A DNA stretch of 63,997 nt, the filler included, from Basidioascus undulatus (taxonomy: Eukaryota), in assembly GCA_000826855.1 (NCBI GenBank). It is 5 parts of 5 records of this genome, joined end to end, with 100 filler letters (N's around TTAATTAATTAA, not from the genome) between each part and the next. Parts side by side here need not be neighbours in the genome. Positions count along the whole stretch, not along the records: positions 52,408 to 63,997 come from JTLS01000994.1; 4 more parts are not named here. One strand, 5' to 3'. Position 1 is the stretch's first letter; each line of letters opens with the position of its first letter. This document shows, one piece after another, positions 60,355-63,997 of this stretch. Under the pieces are notes generated by a model. The model had not been told where the DNA came from and ran no database searches. It saw nothing but the letters and a program-made list of their open reading frames with translations. Both the position numbers and the translations under genes were made by a program.

Positions 60355-61994
60355 GATTGCCGCTGCGGCTGCGGCAGCGAGTCCGTTTCGCCCGCGACGG
60401 TCGTGCAGCATCTCGAGGCAGGGACGTGCCCGAGCGGCGTGACCCCCGCGGCGATCGACCGCCATCAGGAGAATCGGGTGCACCCTGACAAGGCAATGCC
60501 AGGCGTTGTTAGGACTGTCAGACCTTTCAGGTTTGGAGCTCCTGGATATGCCTGACAACAGGATCGACCGTTGATGTCAGACACACAGTTAGACAGACAA
60601 AGCCATTCATTGTCAGACGTTCGTCAGACTTTAAACGGAACGCCTGATAATGCTTGACAAGGCCTTTCCAGTAAAACATGAAATTTTGGTATCCGGTGGG
60701 ACGCAAAAGCGTTTTGAATTGCGATAATGCACTCTTCTTGTGAGGATAAGTGGGAATAATGTCTTCATCGGGCCACTAGCTTACAAAATGCGGCCTCCAT
60801 GCCGTTCCGGACCTCCTCCCAGGCTGCTTCAACAAAGAGGAATTTATACACACAACACGCGCAAAGCGATACCAAAAATGATCTGGAGAGGCAAAGGAGC
60901 GCGCGGGACACGCAAGTCGCTGTCGCGCAAGCGATGGCAGGTCAGCATGGCAGTTCAGGCAGCAAGATGGGAAGCTGGAGGTTTGTGGATGCAATGAATA
61001 TATAAAGGGTGTGTATAGGGCAAGAACGCACAAGATGCAAGGGTTAAAGGGGACGGGTCTGATGCGAAAAATAAGTTGAAGGCTGCGACCGCAGACTCGC
61101 GGTCAAGTTAGGCGACGCACCTAGTTGCCACTGAGCACCATCTCCTATCATAACTCCCCATGCCTGTGGGTGGGGCGATCAAAATTGTAAACATGCATGG
61201 TTAGCACAGGATTGAGAGGAGTGATGTTGAGAGGTGAGAGTGACAAGACATGACTGACGAGTGCCATGGTGGGATCTTGATGGCTCTTGTCGTTCGGTAG
61301 GGGTAGGGTTAAACATCACTACCCACTCCTTCTGCTCTTTGAACAAGCATAGAAGCTGCGCAGAATAACCTTACAACTGTCCATTAGCACAAGGCGTTGA
61401 AGGTATCTGACCTGAGTGAGTCAGATAGTGCACAACACTGCCTGAAAGCGCCCAACGGTGATTGCAGACAATTCCAGACTGACGTTGCCCTTGCCAGGCG
61501 TTATCAGCCTCAATCAGTCTGTTCGTCCATGACCAGCAACAGCACCACATTGCCAGGCACTTTCAGTCGGGCAGTCTGATTCCAGGCCTTGCCAGGTCGT
61601 CATCAGGCTAAATTTCCTTGTAAGCCTGACAAGGCAGGTCCGGAACGTTATCACGAACCCGCGGCGCATGATCACGGGCGGCATCCAACCTGCCTACGAG
61701 CCCCTGCCTCGGTATCGCGACGGACGCGGCGTGGAACGGCGCCGCATTCGAGTGCTACTTCTGCCACAAGCAGTCTGGGCCAGCTCCAGAGCCTCAACAA
61801 GCAAGCAGCCTCTCCTGCACACACCGCACCCGCCGACAAGATCTACCGCTGCCCGAACGGCGCGTGCGCGCTCAAGGTTTCCAACTGAGCGGCTTGTGGC
61901 AGATGAGCGGGGAAACTCTGGAATTTCCCGGTTCCGGGGTGTGCAGGCGACGATGGACAATCTAGTTAGTGGGATCAAGAGGCTGACGTTCTAG
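60355..61994 (+). pseudogene. C2H2 zinc-finger gene remnant split by an insertion
   Basis: 5' part VVQHLEAGTCPSGVTPAAIDRH. The 3' part resumes RNVITNPRRMITG..ATDAAWNGAAFECYFCHKQ..QLQSLNK..SPAH..IYRCPNGAC..SRFRGVQATMDNLVSGIKRLTF*, with several frameshifts. Confidence 0.75.
60466..61638. mobile_element. Putative non-autonomous DNA-transposon-like insertion (~1.17 kb)
   Basis: Interrupts the zinc-finger coding sequence and has lower GC. Subterminal GCCTGAC/TAA and GTCAGAC motifs cluster on the left, with inverse TTGCCAGG/GTCTGA motifs on the right. A 12-bp direct repeat CCTGACAAGGCA occurs at 60484 and 61625. No transposase ORF; boundaries approximate. Confidence 0.55.
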
Positions 61995-62643
61995 CGAGAA
62001 GGTGCGTTGGCTGCTTCCTGACAGCGTGAACAAAGCTGATGCCTACATAAGCTGCGTGCAGGTGGGAGTAGTACGGGGGCGTGAGCAATATTGCAGCTAT
62101 TGCTTTTGCCTCGATGAATCCCGAGAGGACCCGTGCACCACGGGATGATGCGATTGTTGTGCTTGTTTCTGCTACCCTCGAAAGGTTGAAGGCGCGACAA
62201 GGCGTGGCGGATATACTCTGTGCTAGGGCCTGCTTCTGAGCGTTACCTGACACCAGTCAAGCAGGAGTGGAAACTTCGTCATGCCGAAGCAGGACGGCTG
62301 CGTTCTGACCTCTCAGGCGCATGGCGACACGAAAAGCGACAGCACCAGCAAGTCGTCACCGCACAGCATATAATGGCTCGGGGCACAATAAATCACTGCG
62401 AGACGAGGGGTAGTGGATGGGGTATGCGGGTATGAGAATGATATGCGAGGTAACAGCGTCTGATGGCGTGAGGAGGAAGAACATAGCGACTAGGGCAAGG
62501 CAAAGCGAGTGGGCATAAAAACAAGAGCGGACGGGGCATGGGAGTGACAACACAGCAAGCAAGCAAATGCAACAAAAGAAGCCCGAAGGAAACCGAAAAG
62601 GAATAAGAAGCAAGAAGATGAAGGAGCCGGAGCGCGAGCCGCA

Positions 62644-63997
62644 TCAGATCACGCGGAGCGTCGTCTTCTCCCCGAACGTCGGGAGCGCCGCGCGCCAGTC
62701 CTCCTCGCTCGCGAGGGGCAAGAGGTCCGCTGCGTCCTCTGCGAACGGCGAGAGGGGCACGAGCAGCGTCGCGGCGGCGAGCTCGAGGAGCGAGGGCGTC
62801 GGGCTGTCCGGGCGGGGCGCGAAGCCCGCGGTGCTCGGCGAGGGCGGCGTCGTCGTCCACCCCGAGGCGTCGCCGTGCGTCGCGAGGAGCCAGTGCGCGT
62901 GTAGCTTGACGTCGTTGTCGGCGAACTTGGCCTCGACGCGCGCGCGCAGCTGCGCGAGCGTCAGGTCCGTGCGCGGGACGCGCATGACGACGTTGGAGCG
63001 CGCGTGCTCGCACACGTAAATGATCTTGAGCGTCAGCGGCGATTGCGCGGTCGCCGAGGCCGGGAGAGCTGGGACCGGCGGGATGAAGCCCCGGTGCAGA
63101 GACGCTTGGGCGGAGCTCTTGAGGCAGCCGTGCGAGCTCTCTGTTGAGCGCGGGTCTGAGTCAGAAAAAGCACAAAGAAGTCAGTGTGGAGATTGTCGGA
63201 GGGACGCACGCTTGTTGAGCACCCTGGTAGGGGGCGGCCGCGAACCCGAGAACGTGAGGGCGCGCTGAGCGCGCACGCCCGCACGGTTGCCCAATGCGTC
63301 CGTCGACGTGCTGCTCCTGGGCGAGTCGATGCTGGACGCGATGGACATGGGCGGAGCAAACATAGGCGGGAGTGGGACGGTGTTGGACGCGTGTAAGCCG
63401 GTATCGTCGACGTAGAACTTGGCGCCCGTCATGTAGAGCCCGCCGCCGCCGCCTATGGGGAGGGGCGTGAGGGGCGTGCGCGGCGTCGGGGGCTGCGACT
63501 CGGTGCGGGGCGAGCCGTCGTACTCGAACAGCGTAAGCGCGGGCGAGAGGAGCCCTCCCTCCGCCGCCGAAGGGTCTTCCCCCGCGCACTCGATCTCCCA
63601 GCTGAAGCCCGAGTCGCGCGGGCTCGCGGCCGACGTGTCGTGGCTCCCCCACGCGCTCTGGTACGAGAAGTACTCGCCTGTCGCGTCGTAGGAGGAGCGG
63701 GTGGACATGGACGACGTGTGCGAGTGCCCGGACGGGTCGCGGCGGTTATGCGGGAGGCCTGTTCATTGTGAACATGGTGTCAGTTGCGCACGCGATAGAG
63801 AAGGAGACTTTGAGGACGCACGCTTTTCCGACGATTCTCTGAGGGACGCGATCGAAGCCCGCGAGCGAGCCTGGTCTGCCGCCAGGGCGGCGGCGGCGTG
63901 CTCCTCGAACGTTGGGTGGACCGGCGTCGGCGGCGGGGGGACGGGCGAGCGGCTCCTGAACGAGTCGCGGAGGTCCGTGAGCGACCGAAATTTGCCG
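62644..63997 (-). CDS. Ser/Pro-rich protein with a C-terminal PB1-like domain; 5' end lies outside the window
   Basis: High-GC exons ending LTLKIIYVCEHARSNVVMRVPRTDLTLAQLRARVEAKF...LLPLASEEDWRAALPTFGEKTTLRVI*, a PB1-like pattern with an acidic OPCA-like motif. Confidence 0.6.

Noticed and set aside
60740..61033. Possible transposase remnant inside the insertion
   Set aside because: Only a vague resemblance to a hAT dimerisation motif. No DDE or other convincing motif.

Overview
Intron-rich, GC-rich fungal DNA. Short GT-AG introns with GTGCGT/GTACGT/GTGAGT donors and GCTGAC/CTAAC branch sites, plus the gene content, suggest a basidiomycete yeast, possibly Microbotryomycetes (inference). The window is not one locus. 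Four identical 100-nt spacers (N44-TTAATTAATTAA-N44) join five ~13 kb contigs sorted by length, so gene neighbourhoods across the spacers are not evidence of linkage. Apparently intact genes: tRNA-Asp(GTC, with intron), tRNA-Lys(CTT), m-AAA protease, EamA/DMT transporter, Aim6-like phosphodiesterase, RPL32, PRMT5/Hsl7, Puf6, 2,2-dialkylglycine decarboxylase, EMC7, ABHD12-like hydrolase, a protein with three YABBY/HMG-like repeats, Scs3/FIT2, Lsm6, a NIPA Mg transporter start, a Sec14-like protein, an RlpA/loosenin-like protein, PP2A catalytic subunit and a protein with a PB1-like tail. Many accessory genes are decayed: a cysteinyl-tRNA synthetase copy, two or three F-box genes, an intradiol dioxygenase, a cupin, and a C2H2 zinc-finger gene split by a ~1.17 kb insertion. 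I found no CRISPR array or multi-gene novel system. The best leads are the triple YABBY-like protein, the dialkylglycine decarboxylase, the CysRS pseudogene, the SNIP1 in-frame chimera and the insertion element. All annotation was done by eye without database searches, and gene coordinates span introns.
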